The notes below the pieces were generated by a model. The model was not told the DNA's origin. It worked only from the letters and a program-made list of their open reading frames with translations, and did not search any database. DNA of 64,000 nt from Gemmatimonadota bacterium (GTDB taxonomy: Bacteria; JAAXHH01). Made by a program: the position numbers and the translations under genes. How positions within the stretch are numbered: the first letter of the stretch is position 1; the number at the start of each line of letters is the position of its first letter. Shown here piece by piece: positions 17,737 through 27,075 of the stretch. Location of the stretch: the NCBI GenBank assembly GCA_009838645.1, contig VXRC01000045.1:1594-65593 (forward strand), given 5' to 3'.

Positions 17737-19125
17737 ATGCCTCATCACGCCAGACCCCTCAGGAGAATCCGTCACCTCACCCGCCGCGACATGCTGCGGC
17801 TCGGCGGAACCGCCGCCGCGGGCGCGGCCGTCCTGGGCTGCGGAGGCGGGGACGAACGCCGGACCGTCTCGGTCTTCAGCCCGATGGGCGAGGTGAAGAA
17901 CCAGGCCCTCGCCCGTCAGGTAGACCGCTTCATGGCCTCGCGAGACGACCTGCGCGTGGAAGTGATGCCCGTGCCGTGGGACCAGGGCCACGCCAAGCTG
18001 CTCACCATGATCGCCGGCGGCAACCCGCCCGACGTGATCACGGCGACCGGCCAGTGGATGGCCGAGTTCCGGGCCATGGGCGCCATCGAGGACCTGACGT
18101 CCTGGCATGCGTCATGGCCCCACCGCGACGCCTTCACGCGGACGGCGCTGCTCCGGTGCGAGAGCAGCACGGCCATCGAGGACGGCCGGGTCTACGGCCT
18201 GCCCCTGGAATTGACGACGCGGGCCATGTTCTACCGCAGGCGGTGGCTGGACGAGCAGGGACTGGAACCCGCGGCGACGCGGGCCGGCTGGCGCGCGTTG
18301 CTGGAGCGGATCACCGACCGGGACCGGGGCCGTTACGGCTATGCCCTACGCGGGGCCCGCGGGGGCTTCTGGACCTGGTGGCCCATCCTGGAGGAGTTCT
18401 CCGGCACAAACGAATGGTTCGACGGGGACCAGCACTGCATCATCAACAGCCCGGAGCACGTGGAAGGACTGACCTACTGGAACGATCTCTACCGGGACGG
18501 GCTGGCGCCGGCGGACGCGGTGAACTGGGGATACAACGAACTGGTGCAGGGATTCTGGTCCGGGATCTGCGGCTGCATCGAGCAGGACCCGGAAGTGGTG
18601 CGCACCTGCCTGGATCACGGCATGGACGAGTCGACCCTGGTCACAGCGCCCATGCCCGCCGGGCCCCGGGCCCACGTGGCCTCCAACGACATCTGGATCC
18701 TCTCCATATCCAGGGAGGCGAAGAACCCCGACGGCGCCCTGGCGTTCTACGAGTGGATGATGGCACCGGAGCAGCTCATCGCCTACAGCAAGGACGCGAG
18801 CGTGCTGCCGACGGTGAAACAGGGCATGGACGACCCCTACTTCGGCCAGGGGTTCCTGCGCCCCTTCATGGACATGGCCACCGATACGAGGCTCCTGCAG
18901 AACTGGTACCCGAGCTACCTGCCCGAAATGGGTGAATTCATCGAGGTGCTGGTCACCGAGGAACAGCAGAAGATGCTCCTCGGCCGACAGTCGCCGCGGG
19001 AAACACTCGACCGGCTGGCGGACTTCCTGGGCCGGGCCCAGCGGCGTTACGTGGAACGCCACGGACCCGATACGCCGCGGCCGCCCAGGCTGTCCGAGCC
19101 GTCCGAGCAACCCCTCTCGCCATGA
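17737..19125 (+). CDS. Sugar ABC transporter substrate-binding lipoprotein, paralog B (tandem duplicate)
   Basis: About 60-70% identical by eye to paralog A across its length (for example VPWDQGHAKLLTMIAGGNPPDV versus VPWDQAHSKYLTAILGGAPPDV). Start chosen at MPHHARPLRRIRHLTRRDMLRLGG to include the RR signal. Confidence 0.65.
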   Translation: MPHHARPLRRIRHLTRRDMLRLGGTAAAGAAVLGCGGGDERRTVSVFSPMGEVKNQALARQVDRFMASRDDLRVEVMPVPWDQGHAKLLTMIAGGNPPDVITATGQWMAEFRAMGAIEDLTSWHASWPHRDAFTRTALLRCESSTAIEDGRVYGLPLELTTRAMFYRRRWLDEQGLEPAATRAGWRALLERITDRDRGRYGYALRGARGGFWTWWPILEEFSGTNEWFDGDQHCIINSPEHVEGLTYWNDLYRDGLAPADAVNWGYNELVQGFWSGICGCIEQDPEVVRTCLDHGMDESTLVTAPMPAGPRAHVASNDIWILSISREAKNPDGALAFYEWMMAPEQLIAYSKDASVLPTVKQGMDDPYFGQGFLRPFMDMATDTRLLQNWYPSYLPEMGEFIEVLVTEEQQKMLLGRQSPRETLDRLADFLGRAQRRYVERHGPDTPRPPRLSEPSEQPLSP

Positions 19126-20003
19126 AGAAGGCCGATCCCTACCTGCTCCTGGCGCCGGCCTACCTGCTCATCGCGGGATTCCTGTTCTACCCCATGGCCA
19201 CGGTGTTCCTGCTTTCACTGCGGGAATACCAGCTCATGGATCCCCTCAATACGCCCTTCGTCGGATTGGACCAATACGCCATCATGCTCGGGGACGAGTA
19301 CTTCTGGCGGAGCCTGTGGAACTCCGTGGTCTGGGTGGTCGTATCGCTGTGCTTCCAGTTCCTGCTCGGTTTCTGCCTGGCGCTGCTGCTCAACAGCGCG
19401 CGGTTCAGGGGCCGGGGGATCTTCCAGGCCATCGTCTTCGCGCCGTGGGCGGTTTCGGGCTTCCTGATCGCCATCATCTGGGCCTGGCTGCTGAACGGGG
19501 AATTCGGGCTGGTCAACGACCTGCTCATCCGTGCCGGCCTGCTGGATCAGAAAGTCGGGTTCCTGTCCCGCGAGGAGACGGCGCTCCTCTCCTGCGTGCT
19601 CGCCAATATCTGGTTCGGGGTCACCTTCTTCGCCGTCATGCTCTTCGCCGCCCTGCAGGCCATCCCGCCGAGTCTGTACGAAGCGGCCGACATGGACGGC
19701 GCCACGGCCTGGCAGTCCTTCTGGCGCGTCACCGCGCCCATGGTGAAACCGGCCATCGTCATCACCATTCTGCTCCGGGCGATCTGGATCTTCAACTGGG
19801 CGGACCTGATCTGGGTCATGACCGGGGGCGGTCCGGCCGGGGCTTCCCGCACCCTGGCGCTCTACGTGTTCCAGAAGGCCTTCCTGGGCCTGGATTTCGG
19901 GTATTCGGCCGCCCTGGGCGTGGCGCTGACCGTGGTCTCCCTGGCCTTCACCGCCGTATTCCTCCGCGTCACCCGGTTCTACGGCGACGAGGCCGCCATT
20001 TGA
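19122..20003 (+). CDS. Sugar ABC transporter permease (MalF/UgpA-like)
   Basis: 293 aa with 6 TM segments and the EAA-type loop EAADMDGATAWQSFWRVTAPMVKP. Start overlaps the SBP stop. Confidence 0.75.
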   Translation: MKKADPYLLLAPAYLLIAGFLFYPMATVFLLSLREYQLMDPLNTPFVGLDQYAIMLGDEYFWRSLWNSVVWVVVSLCFQFLLGFCLALLLNSARFRGRGIFQAIVFAPWAVSGFLIAIIWAWLLNGEFGLVNDLLIRAGLLDQKVGFLSREETALLSCVLANIWFGVTFFAVMLFAALQAIPPSLYEAADMDGATAWQSFWRVTAPMVKPAIVITILLRAIWIFNWADLIWVMTGGGPAGASRTLALYVFQKAFLGLDFGYSAALGVALTVVSLAFTAVFLRVTRFYGDEAAI

Positions 20004-20026
20004 GGCAGCTATTAAAGGCAGGGACG

Positions 20027-20860
20027 ATGATCCGTATGCATCCATTGCGCCGAGGGGTTCAGTTCACCGGACTGTGCGCGTTCTTCCTCTTCGCCGTTTT
20101 TCCCGTGTACTGGATGGTGGCTACTTCCCTTACGCCGGCGCAGGACCTCTTTGTATGGCCCCTTCGGTATTTCCCGGCGGCGCCGACGCTGGAACACTAC
20201 GCCGAGGTCTTCCTGCGCACCGACATCCCCCGGTTTTTCACCAACAGCCTCACGGTCGCCAGCCTGGCTTCGGCCTGTACGCTCACCGTGTCCGTGCTGG
20301 GAGGCTACGCCCTGGCGCGCTACCGGTTCCGGGGACGCCAGGTCACCCTCCTGGTCTTCCTGGCGACCCAGATGATGCCCGTGGTAGTGCTCATCGTCCC
20401 GCTCTTCATCATCTTCCGGATACTCGGCCTGCTCGACACGCTCTACAGCCTGATGATCGTTTATACCGTGTTGAACATCCCCTTCTGCACGCTCATGATG
20501 CAGGGCTTCTTCGCGGGTGTCCCATCGGAACTCGAAGAGGCCGCCATGGTGGACGGGTGCAACCGGATGGGCGCGATCCTGCGCGTGGCCGTGCCGCTGG
20601 CCCGTCCCGGGCTGATCGCCACCTTTCTCTTCGCCTTCATCGGCGCATGGAACGAACTGCTCTTCGCGGTGATGTTCCTGAACTCGGAATCCACCTTCAC
20701 CCTGCCCGTGGGCCTGTACAACTTCATCAGCAAGTACGACGTCCACTGGGGCCGCATGATGGCCGGCGCCACGCTGGCGCTGCTTCCCGCGCTGGCCGTG
20801 TTCGCCTTCGTGCAGCGGTACATGGTCAGGGGATTGGCCCTGGGGGCGGTGAAGGGATAG
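20027..20860 (+). CDS. Sugar ABC transporter permease (MalG/UgpE-like)
   Basis: 277 aa with the EAA loop EEAAMVDGCNRMGAILRVAVPLARPG. Start MIRMHPL is preceded by AAAGGCAGGGA. The longer track ORF from 18932 is an open-frame artifact. Confidence 0.75.
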   Translation: MIRMHPLRRGVQFTGLCAFFLFAVFPVYWMVATSLTPAQDLFVWPLRYFPAAPTLEHYAEVFLRTDIPRFFTNSLTVASLASACTLTVSVLGGYALARYRFRGRQVTLLVFLATQMMPVVVLIVPLFIIFRILGLLDTLYSLMIVYTVLNIPFCTLMMQGFFAGVPSELEEAAMVDGCNRMGAILRVAVPLARPGLIATFLFAFIGAWNELLFAVMFLNSESTFTLPVGLYNFISKYDVHWGRMMAGATLALLPALAVFAFVQRYMVRGLALGAVKG

Positions 20861-20880
20861 GGGTTAAGGGAGGCGTTAAA

Positions 20881-21699
20881 TCAGGGCAGCAGGACCGGGC
20901 GCACCCAGACGAGGTACAGCTGTTCGCCGGAGCGGATCACCTGGTTGACGGTCAGCAGCCCGTAGGCTTCGCGAGCCGATGATCCGGTGAGCGTGCGGTA
21001 TCCCCGCGGACGCTTCCCCGTCACCTCGGCCAGGTCGATCGAATCCAGCGGCCAGTCCACGGCTTCACCGGACTGGTCCGCCATGTACCGGGGCAGAAGC
21101 TGCACGGCGATCTCGACGCGGTCGGGGACGAAGGGTTCGGCCCTCGGGTGGGTGAACCCTGCGAGGAAGAGGTTGAACTTGTACATGGCGTTCCACGCCG
21201 GCGCGATCACGTCGTTGACGGAACGGGCCTTGAGCAGCGCGGGCGAGTAGGTGTGCAGGCTCGGCGGGGAGTGCATGCCGATCCAGATGGTCACCTTGTC
21301 GTTGTTGTCGCGATAGGGCTCCTGTATGCTTCTGGCGTAGGTCAATTCGTTATCGAGCCATTCGTTGGTCAGGCTCGACAGGCCGAAGGTGGTCTGCATG
21401 ACCAGGTACAGTCCGGGCACTTCCTCATCTACCAACCGGACGTAGCGGTGCAGCGCCTGGGCATCGTCGTCCCGGAAAACGACGAGGCCGTTGCCGTAGA
21501 TCACGATCTGCGGCGTACGCGAAAGGAAAACCTCGTGCACGGTGGTCGATGCACGTACCATTTTACGCCAGATCGCCGGATCGCCTTCGGATCCATGGGC
21601 TGTGGGGGCGCCGAGGAGTGCCGCCAGCGCCATCAGGACGCCTGGAATCAAGTTATTGAGTGTGCCGGTCCTGCCGGTCCTGCCAAATACGTTATTCAT
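20881..21699 (-). CDS. Hypothetical secreted protein
   Basis: Predicted signal peptide MNNVFGRTGRTGTLNNLIPGVLMALAALLGAPTAHG. GGGAAG sits 7 nt upstream of the ATG at 21699. No recognisable family. Confidence 0.45.
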   Translation of the reverse strand: MNNVFGRTGRTGTLNNLIPGVLMALAALLGAPTAHGSEGDPAIWRKMVRASTTVHEVFLSRTPQIVIYGNGLVVFRDDDAQALHRYVRLVDEEVPGLYLVMQTTFGLSSLTNEWLDNELTYARSIQEPYRDNNDKVTIWIGMHSPPSLHTYSPALLKARSVNDVIAPAWNAMYKFNLFLAGFTHPRAEPFVPDRVEIAVQLLPRYMADQSGEAVDWPLDSIDLAEVTGKRPRGYRTLTGSSAREAYGLLTVNQVIRSGEQLYLVWVRPVLLP

Positions 21700-21725
21700 A
21701 AACTGTCTTCCCAATTCCGATACTC

Positions 21726-21884
21726 ATGCGTTGCAATCGTTGCGACCGAAAGATGATCGAGGAAAAGCGCAGCTTTCACAAGCAGCGCAAGTGGCGGTGT
21801 CCTAACTGCGGCCGTAGCCGGTTTCAGCGGAACAGGTCACGGAGATGGTCCGCACGGTCCGCGAAGTACCGCCGTGGGGACTGA
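21726..21884 (+). CDS. Possible 52-aa basic zinc-ribbon peptide (CxxC...CxxC)
   Basis: Translated by eye: MRCNRCDRKMIEEKRSFHKQRKWRCPNCGRSRFQRNRSRRWSARSAKYRRGD. Lies in a locally lower-GC gap between two minus-strand genes. No clear SD. Too short for the ORF track. Confidence 0.2.
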   Translation: MRCNRCDRKMIEEKRSFHKQRKWRCPNCGRSRFQRNRSRRWSARSAKYRRGD

Positions 21885-21894
21885 ACATTCCGCT

Positions 21895-22818
21895 TCAACT
21901 TCCCACCTGCTCCGCATGCTCTTCGTAGGTCGCCCGGTGCTCGGGATCGATCTTGATGAGCATGTCGTAGGCTTCCCTGGAAGATTCCGCATCGGGCACT
22001 TCGGTGGGTGATTCCGCGCTGAAAACATCCGCCAGCTGCAGGTAGTGGGCGTTCAGGAACTCACTCAGCCACTTGTCTCTCGGGTTCTTCTCGTGGATTT
22101 CCGCCATTAAATCCACGGCCTCTCGGCAGAGGGTGCGGGCCTCCACCAGCTTGTTGTCCTTTTGTGACGCCAACCCCCGGTAGTACCGGTTCCGGACCAG
22201 GCGGTAGGGCCTGTAGCCTTCGGCCAGAATCCCGTCGATCAGGTCCAGCCGTTCGTCCCACCCCCGCTGGAATTCGCGGCTGAACCGGCCGTCCAGCGCG
22301 ATGGCGTTGGCACGCTGGAAATGGCTCTGGCCGCCGAACTCCGTGTACTTGTCCAGCGCGTGTCCGATCATGATGTGCACGTAGTAGTCGATCAGCCACG
22401 TCAGGGCGTTGAACTGTTGGTCGTCATGTTGCAGAAAGTCTTCCCGTTCGTACTCGAAAAACCACCACCGGTCCAGGTACTTCAGGTCCGTTCCGCTGTA
22501 CACGGTCAGGCGCGAGCCGTACTGGGTCTTTACCGCGCTGCCCATGAAGGCCAGAATGGCTTCGATGCCCACGTGTACCGGCTCGGGCAGGTCCTCTTCC
22601 AGCCAGTCCCATTCTTCGATGTAGTCGGCGAGCGTAAGGCCGAAGTCCGCCATCTGCTCGCGGTGCAGGACGGGCAGGGCTTCCAGGTGCGCCATGACGT
22701 CGGCTCTCACCTGTTGCCCGCGGGCCTCCTGCGGTGGAATCGCCAGCAGGCAGAGCGCCAGTACGCCGGCCGGTATCCACGGTCTTTTCCGACTCTTTCG
22801 GCGGTTCATCACATCCAT
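21895..22818 (-). CDS. Hypothetical secreted protein
   Basis: Start chosen at MDVMNRRKSRKRPWIPAGVLALCLLAIPPQEARG (signal-peptide-like). The upstream part of ORF 21895..23025 has no RBS. No family recognised. Confidence 0.4.
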   Translation of the reverse strand: MDVMNRRKSRKRPWIPAGVLALCLLAIPPQEARGQQVRADVMAHLEALPVLHREQMADFGLTLADYIEEWDWLEEDLPEPVHVGIEAILAFMGSAVKTQYGSRLTVYSGTDLKYLDRWWFFEYEREDFLQHDDQQFNALTWLIDYYVHIMIGHALDKYTEFGGQSHFQRANAIALDGRFSREFQRGWDERLDLIDGILAEGYRPYRLVRNRYYRGLASQKDNKLVEARTLCREAVDLMAEIHEKNPRDKWLSEFLNAHYLQLADVFSAESPTEVPDAESSREAYDMLIKIDPEHRATYEEHAEQVGS

Positions 22819-23063
22819 GCGCAGGCTCCCGGCATACGGGGTACCGCTACAGCCGTCGTTTGTCGAAAAACTAACCGCGGGAACGCGGCGTGTCAAGCCT
22901 ATCCCGCACCGCCGCAGCCGCGGTGCCCGCCCTGGCGCGAGCCTTGACACCCGGGTCCCGGGACTGTATTTTGGCCGTCCATAGCGGATGGTGACACGGA
23001 CGATCGGTCCGGTGCGGCCAGGCAAGCGGGGCCACGGGGCCGATCAGCGTTTCGGAAGGGTGC

Positions 23064-24791
23064 ATGTTCGGACAATCCCTGGCGGAAACCCTCGCCCGCG
23101 AACGCGGGACCATATACAAGAAACCGGGCGGCAAGGCCGTTCGTATCGCCCTGGTGTACCCCAATACCTACTACCTGGGTATGTCGAACCTGGGGTTCCA
23201 GACCATCTACCGTCACCTCAACGAACGGGACGACGTCGTCTGCGAACGCGCCTTTCTCCCGGAACCCTCCGGCCTTGAAGCCCTGTCCAGGTCCCGGAAA
23301 CCGCTGGTTACGCTCGAATCCGGGCTGCCGCTCGGTTCGTGCGACATCGTGGCCTTCTCCGTATCTTTCGAAAACGACTATCCCAACCTGGTCCGCATCC
23401 TGGAACTCGCCCGCGTGCCGGTGCTCGCGGCAAGGAGGACGCGCTTCGATCCGATCGTGCTGATCGGCGGCGCGATTACCTACATCAACCCGGAGCCCCT
23501 GGCGGATTTCGCCGACGTGATGGTCATCGGCGACGGCGAAGAGGCGGCTTACGCCTACATAGACCGCTACCTCGCGGACCAGGGACTGGACCGGGAACGC
23601 CATCTCGCCCGTACCATGTCGCTGGCGGGCATGTATGTACCTTCCCTGCAGACCGCTTCCCCCGGTGACCGGGAGGGACCGGCGGATTCCGCGCGGATCG
23701 CCAAGCAGCAGGTGCGCGATTTCGAGGACTATCCCGCCCATTCCGCCGTCCTCACGCCCGACACCGAGTTCGGCGACATGCTGCTTATAGAGATTTCCCG
23801 GGGGTGTCCCCGCCGGTGCCGTTTCTGCGCCGTGAGTTACGTCTATCCGAAGTTCCGCGCCCTGAAGCCGGATACCATACTCGACGTCATCCGGTCCAAG
23901 AACGCGTCCCTGGCGCGCGACGGCAAGGAGGGGCTGAAGGCCGTGGGCCTGGTCAGTTCGGCCATGTGCGACTATCCCCACCTCGACGAACTCTGTGCGG
24001 GCCTGGAGGAAACCGGTCTCCGCGTAGGCGTTTCGTCGGTTCGGGTCGACCTGGTCCCGGACAGCCTGCTCAGCCTGATGCTGAAGACGGGGCTGCGTAC
24101 CATGACCATCGCGCCGGAGGCCGGATCGGAAAGGCTGCGCAAGGCGATCAACAAGCCTATATCCTCGGAAGAAATCCTGACCGGCGCACGAAGGATTCTG
24201 GAGAAGGGCATCAAGCACCTCAAGGTGTACTACATGGTCGGCCTGCCGACGGAGACCGACGAGGACATCGAGGAACTCATCGAGATGACGCGCCGGCTTG
24301 CCCGCCTGCAGCGGGACTGCGGGGAACCGGGTGGACGGCTGCGGTTGAGCATCAACCCCTTCGTGCCGAAAGCGTTGACGCCATTCCAGTGGAGTCCCAT
24401 GGCGTCTCCGAAGGAGGTCAAGCGCAAGTTGAACCGCATACAGAAAGCCCTGCGCGGCACGGCGGGGGTGGACGTCAAGCACGAGAGCCTGAAGTCCGCC
24501 TACTTCGAGGCCATCCTGTCCCGCGGCGGCCGGGAACTGAGCGGATTCCTGATGGAAACCGCGCGGCGGGAAGGCGACTGGAAACGCGCCGCGGCGGAGC
24601 TGGGGATGGATACCTCGCAGTATCTCGGGGACATGGCGGACCTGCGGTCGCTTCCCTGGGATTTCATATCGACGGAGAAGGAGAACCACCGGATCCAGTG
24701 GGAGTACCGGAAGAGTCACCAACTGCCTTATCGCAAACGGCAGCCCGCGCCCAGCGCCGGCCGGCCGGATGCGGGGCATCCCGCGGTCTGA
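23064..24791 (+). CDS. B12-binding-domain radical SAM protein
   Basis: N-terminal B12-binding-like domain (IALVYPNTYYLGMSNLGFQTIY), then the radical-SAM cysteine triad SRGCPRRCRFCAV. 575 aa. Confidence 0.75.
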   Translation: MFGQSLAETLARERGTIYKKPGGKAVRIALVYPNTYYLGMSNLGFQTIYRHLNERDDVVCERAFLPEPSGLEALSRSRKPLVTLESGLPLGSCDIVAFSVSFENDYPNLVRILELARVPVLAARRTRFDPIVLIGGAITYINPEPLADFADVMVIGDGEEAAYAYIDRYLADQGLDRERHLARTMSLAGMYVPSLQTASPGDREGPADSARIAKQQVRDFEDYPAHSAVLTPDTEFGDMLLIEISRGCPRRCRFCAVSYVYPKFRALKPDTILDVIRSKNASLARDGKEGLKAVGLVSSAMCDYPHLDELCAGLEETGLRVGVSSVRVDLVPDSLLSLMLKTGLRTMTIAPEAGSERLRKAINKPISSEEILTGARRILEKGIKHLKVYYMVGLPTETDEDIEELIEMTRRLARLQRDCGEPGGRLRLSINPFVPKALTPFQWSPMASPKEVKRKLNRIQKALRGTAGVDVKHESLKSAYFEAILSRGGRELSGFLMETARREGDWKRAAAELGMDTSQYLGDMADLRSLPWDFISTEKENHRIQWEYRKSHQLPYRKRQPAPSAGRPDAGHPAV

Positions 24792-24847
24792 CCCCTGGAC
24801 GGAGAAGCCGGGGTCAAACCATCATTTCAAGTCAGTGGAGGCGAAAG

Positions 24848-25465
24848 ATGCGTATTCCGGGTCTATTGATGGCCGCTTTTTCCATGTTGTTCCTGGCCGC
24901 GTCCTGCGGCGAATCGTCCGACCAACCCGAAACCAGCGGAGAACCCGCAAACATGTTGATCATCGAAACCACCCTGGGCACTATAAAATGCGAATTGTAC
25001 CCGGACAAGACGCCCATGACCGTGGACATCATCTCGAGCCTGGCCGAAGGCACGCGGGAGTGGATCCACCCGGTTACCAAAGAGACCATGACCGGCACGC
25101 CTTACTATGACGGCGTGATCTTTCACCGGGTCATTCCGAACTTCATGATCCAGACCGGCGATCCGGCCGGCACCGGCAATGGCAGCCCGGGATTCGTGTT
25201 CGATGACGAATTGCGCGAGGAACTGCGTTTCGACCAGCCCGGCCGCCTGGCCATGGCGCATCGCGGCCCCAACACCAACGGCGGACAGATCTTCATCACG
25301 GTGGCGCCTACGCCCCATCTCGACATGGTACATACCATCTTCGGCCAGGTCGTGGAGGGACAGGAAGTGGCCGACGCCATTTCGGAGGTGTCCACGAACC
25401 AGTCGCGGCCCGTTGAAGAGGTCAGCATCATCAAAATGACCGTGGTCCGAGGGGAGGGCGAGTAA
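24848..25465 (+). CDS. Peptidyl-prolyl cis-trans isomerase, cyclophilin type (lipoprotein)
   Basis: Start MRIPGLLMAAFSMLFLAASCG with GGAGG upstream. Cyclophilin blocks are present: FHRVIPNFMIQTGDP, GRLAMAHRGPNTNGGQIFIT. The N-terminal 348 codons of ORF 23804..25465 are artifact. Confidence 0.8.
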   Translation: MRIPGLLMAAFSMLFLAASCGESSDQPETSGEPANMLIIETTLGTIKCELYPDKTPMTVDIISSLAEGTREWIHPVTKETMTGTPYYDGVIFHRVIPNFMIQTGDPAGTGNGSPGFVFDDELREELRFDQPGRLAMAHRGPNTNGGQIFITVAPTPHLDMVHTIFGQVVEGQEVADAISEVSTNQSRPVEEVSIIKMTVVRGEGE

Positions 25466-25468
25466 AGG

Positions 25469-26158
25469 ATGAGACGGATACGAATCACCGCGATGACCGC
25501 CGCGCTGGCGGTGCTCGTCGCCTGGTCCGCATGGGCCGCGGCGAGTCCGCCCGCCCAGTCGAACGACGCGGCGAATCCGCCCGCCCAGTCGAACGACGCG
25601 TCGTCGTCGGAGACCGGCGAACTGGCCTCCCAGGCCCTGGGGCCGGGGACCTACGCCGTGTTCCAGACCAACATGGGCGTCATCATTTGCAAGCTCTTCG
25701 ACCGGCTGGCGCCCGCCACCGTGGATAACTTTATCGGGCTCGCCGAGGGCACCCGGGCCTTCAAGGACCCCAGAACCGGGCGGGAGGTAAAGCGCCCGTT
25801 CTACGACGGGACCCTCTTTCACCGGGTCATACCCAACTTCATGATCCAGGGCGGTGATCCCACGGGCACGGGTCAGGGCGGCCCGGGATATGAGATCAAG
25901 GGCGAAATCCGGGGTTCGCTGCGCTTCGACCGTCCGGGCCGGCTGGCCATGGCCAACGCTGGATCGCCGGATACCGCGGGCAGCCAGTTCTTCATCACCC
26001 ACGGTCCGAAGTCATACCTGGACGGAGGCTATACCATCTTCGGCCAGGTCATGAAGGGCCAGGAAGTGGTCAACGCCATCGGCCGCGTGCAGACGCGGAG
26101 CGACCGGCCCCTTTTCGATATCGTGCTGGAGAAACTGACCATAGAGCGGGTGCAGTAA
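25469..26158 (+). CDS. Peptidyl-prolyl cis-trans isomerase, cyclophilin type (second tandem copy)
   Basis: Contains FHRVIPNFMIQGGDPTGTG and GRLAMANAGSPDTAGSQFFIT. Signal peptide, then duplicated SPPAQSNDA / NPPAQSNDA. Confidence 0.8.
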   Translation: MRRIRITAMTAALAVLVAWSAWAAASPPAQSNDAANPPAQSNDASSSETGELASQALGPGTYAVFQTNMGVIICKLFDRLAPATVDNFIGLAEGTRAFKDPRTGREVKRPFYDGTLFHRVIPNFMIQGGDPTGTGQGGPGYEIKGEIRGSLRFDRPGRLAMANAGSPDTAGSQFFITHGPKSYLDGGYTIFGQVMKGQEVVNAIGRVQTRSDRPLFDIVLEKLTIERVQ

Positions 26159-26193
26159 GACCGGCCGAACCACGGACTACAGGGGGAATCGGC

Positions 26194-27042
26194 ATGAGGT
26201 GCGCATTCCGTGGGCATGCAGGTTTGAGAAGAGCGCTCCCGCTGCCGTGGTTAAGCGCCCGGGCGCTCCCGCTGGCGTGGTTAAGCGCCGCCTGGCTGGT
26301 CCTTGCTCCTCCGGGCGACCTGAAGGCCTTCGAACCGGCCACACCCCACCTGGACGCCTTCCTGGCCGGACTGGAACAGCGCGAGCCGCAGCCCGTTCCC
26401 CGGGGGTTGCGCGCCTTTGCCGGCGATTCCACGGCCCTCCGGCTGAACGCGGCGGACTTGATTGACATGTTTACCGCCGCGGAACAGGATACGCTCACGC
26501 TGTTGCGGGTCAACGTGGTCCTGGCCCGGTGGATCGCCGAACGAAACGTACCCCTCTATGCCGACGGGGAGGCGATCGACGAAGCGCTGACGAAGGGGTT
26601 TTCCCTGGGCCTCACCTTTCCCCTCCACCACGTCGCGTACCTCTTTTTCAGCCCCGACGCCGCCCGGTCAGGCGATTTCCTGGTCCACATCCGCGCGCTC
26701 TACGACATGAACTACACGTTCCGCTTCGACCGGGACATCCTGAACGCCGACGTGATCGTCCACGGCGCCGAGACCGCGTACACCGATGACGGCGGTCCCA
26801 GGACGAGCTACCTGGTGAAGCTGGCTCTGCACGACGAACTGGAATGGGCGAGGTACACCGACTTCGAGGGCCTGTCGGGCCGGAAGCGGGGCGTGGCGGG
26901 GTTCTTCCAGCGGGTTTTCTTCTTCATTCCCAAGACCCTGGACGGCCTGGAACTCTGGGACGGACACCTCAAGATCAAGGCCTTCGTGGACCAGAACATC
27001 GAAGACTTCGAACGGCTGGAGCGCTACCACGTGAGACGCTAG
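26194..27042 (+). CDS. Hypothetical protein with duplicated N-terminal segment
   Basis: AGGGGGA sits 6 nt upstream of the ATG. LRRALPLPWLSARALPLAWLS is encoded by a 30-bp tandem duplication. No family recognised. Confidence 0.5.
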   Translation: MRCAFRGHAGLRRALPLPWLSARALPLAWLSAAWLVLAPPGDLKAFEPATPHLDAFLAGLEQREPQPVPRGLRAFAGDSTALRLNAADLIDMFTAAEQDTLTLLRVNVVLARWIAERNVPLYADGEAIDEALTKGFSLGLTFPLHHVAYLFFSPDAARSGDFLVHIRALYDMNYTFRFDRDILNADVIVHGAETAYTDDGGPRTSYLVKLALHDELEWARYTDFEGLSGRKRGVAGFFQRVFFFIPKTLDGLELWDGHLKIKAFVDQNIEDFERLERYHVRR

Positions 27043-27075
27043 CCTTCCTGGCCGGGATCGCTACCGCGTGAGGCG

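Noticed and set aside
18932-20860. 642-aa ORF as one protein
   Set aside because: Only the last 277 codons (MalG-like permease from 20027) are real. The upstream part is an alternative frame of the SBP-B and MalF-like genes.
22899-24779. 626-aa minus ORF
   Set aside because: Antisense of the radical-SAM gene.
23804-25465. 553-aa + ORF as one protein
   Set aside because: Only the C-terminal 205 aa (cyclophilin from 24848) have an RBS and motifs. The rest is an alternate frame of the radical-SAM gene.
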